64,000 bases of DNA from the human T2T-CHM13v2.0 reference genome, Homo sapiens: the NCBI RefSeq assembly GCF_009914755.1, contig NC_060927.1, one strand, 5' to 3'. The notes beneath the pieces are model-generated. The model saw only the letters and a list, made by a program, of their open reading frames with translations, did no database searches and was not told where the DNA came from. Made by a program: the position numbers and the translations under genes. Each line of letters starts with the position of its first letter. Within the stretch, counting starts at the first letter, position 1. Of the stretch, positions 63,246 to 64,000 are shown piece after piece.

Positions 63246-63892
63246 AAGACTCTTTTGGGAAATTAGATTTGATCCTTAGAGGTTTCCTAGTCTCATTTCC
63301 CACTGAAGAAGGGATTCCTTTCTCTGACAATACTGGTTCTGTAGACTCTACAGGAGCATTGAAGATGGGGGAATCACTGCTTCAACAGCAAGACATTCTA
63401 GTATGGCCTATTCTAATTGCTAGAAAGTTTTTTTTTTTCCTGTATTGGGGTGAAATCTCACAACTTTGATTCACTAGTCTTTGTAATAACAGAAAATAAG
63501 CCAATTGTTCTGACTGTTGAGATATGTGAAGGTTTTCATGTCATTCACCACTAACCCCAGCATCAGTTGGAGACTTCAGTACCATACTTTCAATAATAGA
63601 ACATTTAGACAGCAGAATAAGGAAACAGAAGTCTTGAACAACACTATAAGTCAATGAAACCTGACAGAGTTATGTAGAACACTTAACCCAATCACACCAG
63701 AATTGACATTCTTCTCAAGTGTACATGGAACATTCTTCAGGACAGACATATGTAAGACCACAAAACAAGTTCCAATAAATGTAAAAAGACTGAAATAATA
63801 CTAAGTATCTTCTTGGATAACAATGGAATGAAGCTAGAAATCAATAATAGAAGGAAAACTGGAAAATTCACAAATATGTGAAAATAACATTT

Positions 63893-64000
63893 ATTTTTTT
63901 TGAGACGGAGTCTTGCTCTGTTGCCTAGGCTGGAGTGCAGTAGCGTGGTCATAGCTCACTGTGGGCTCAATCTCCTGGGCTCAAGCTATCCTCCTGCCTT
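63893..64000 (-). mobile_element. Alu, cut by the window end
   Basis: Antisense right arm. Confidence 0.9.

Larger units (their letters stand above)
59148..63890 (+). mobile_element. Old L1M elements: 5'UTR, ORF1 and two ORF2 endonuclease-region copies
   Basis: 5' gacttcc..ttcc; ORF1 motifs 60.3-61.2 kb; EN starts (ITLNV) at ~61.62 and ~62.46 kb; atatgcaccaaacaacagagcc and ggagacttca (GDF) motifs. Confidence 0.78.

Overview
This is hominoid (human or great-ape-like) genomic DNA dominated by interspersed repeats: about 39 Alu/FLAM copies, two near-full-length antisense L1s (L1PB-type ~30.5-40.5 kb; L1PA-type 50.8-57.0 kb with a perfect 15-bp TSD), many old L1M/L2/MIR fragments, a complete THE1 provirus, solo LTRs and DNA-transposon relics. 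The only clear gene signal is a CpG-island promoter at ~47.1-47.6 kb whose first exon ends exactly on the start codon (GCC ATG|gtgagt). From memory this 5'UTR matches FBXL2; everything downstream would be intron 1, and I found no exon 2 in the window. Almost all ORF-track entries are repeat-derived. I see no convincing new biological system. The best leads are an in-phase upstream alternative first exon, an intronic L1 whose antisense promoter and splice donors face the host gene's exon 2, a 589-bp captured fragment with a 12-bp target duplication, a very young AluYe-type insertion, and a possible spliced non-coding transcript near the window start. Repeat subfamily names come from recalled consensus features and need RepeatMasker/Dfam confirmation; boundaries of old elements are approximate.
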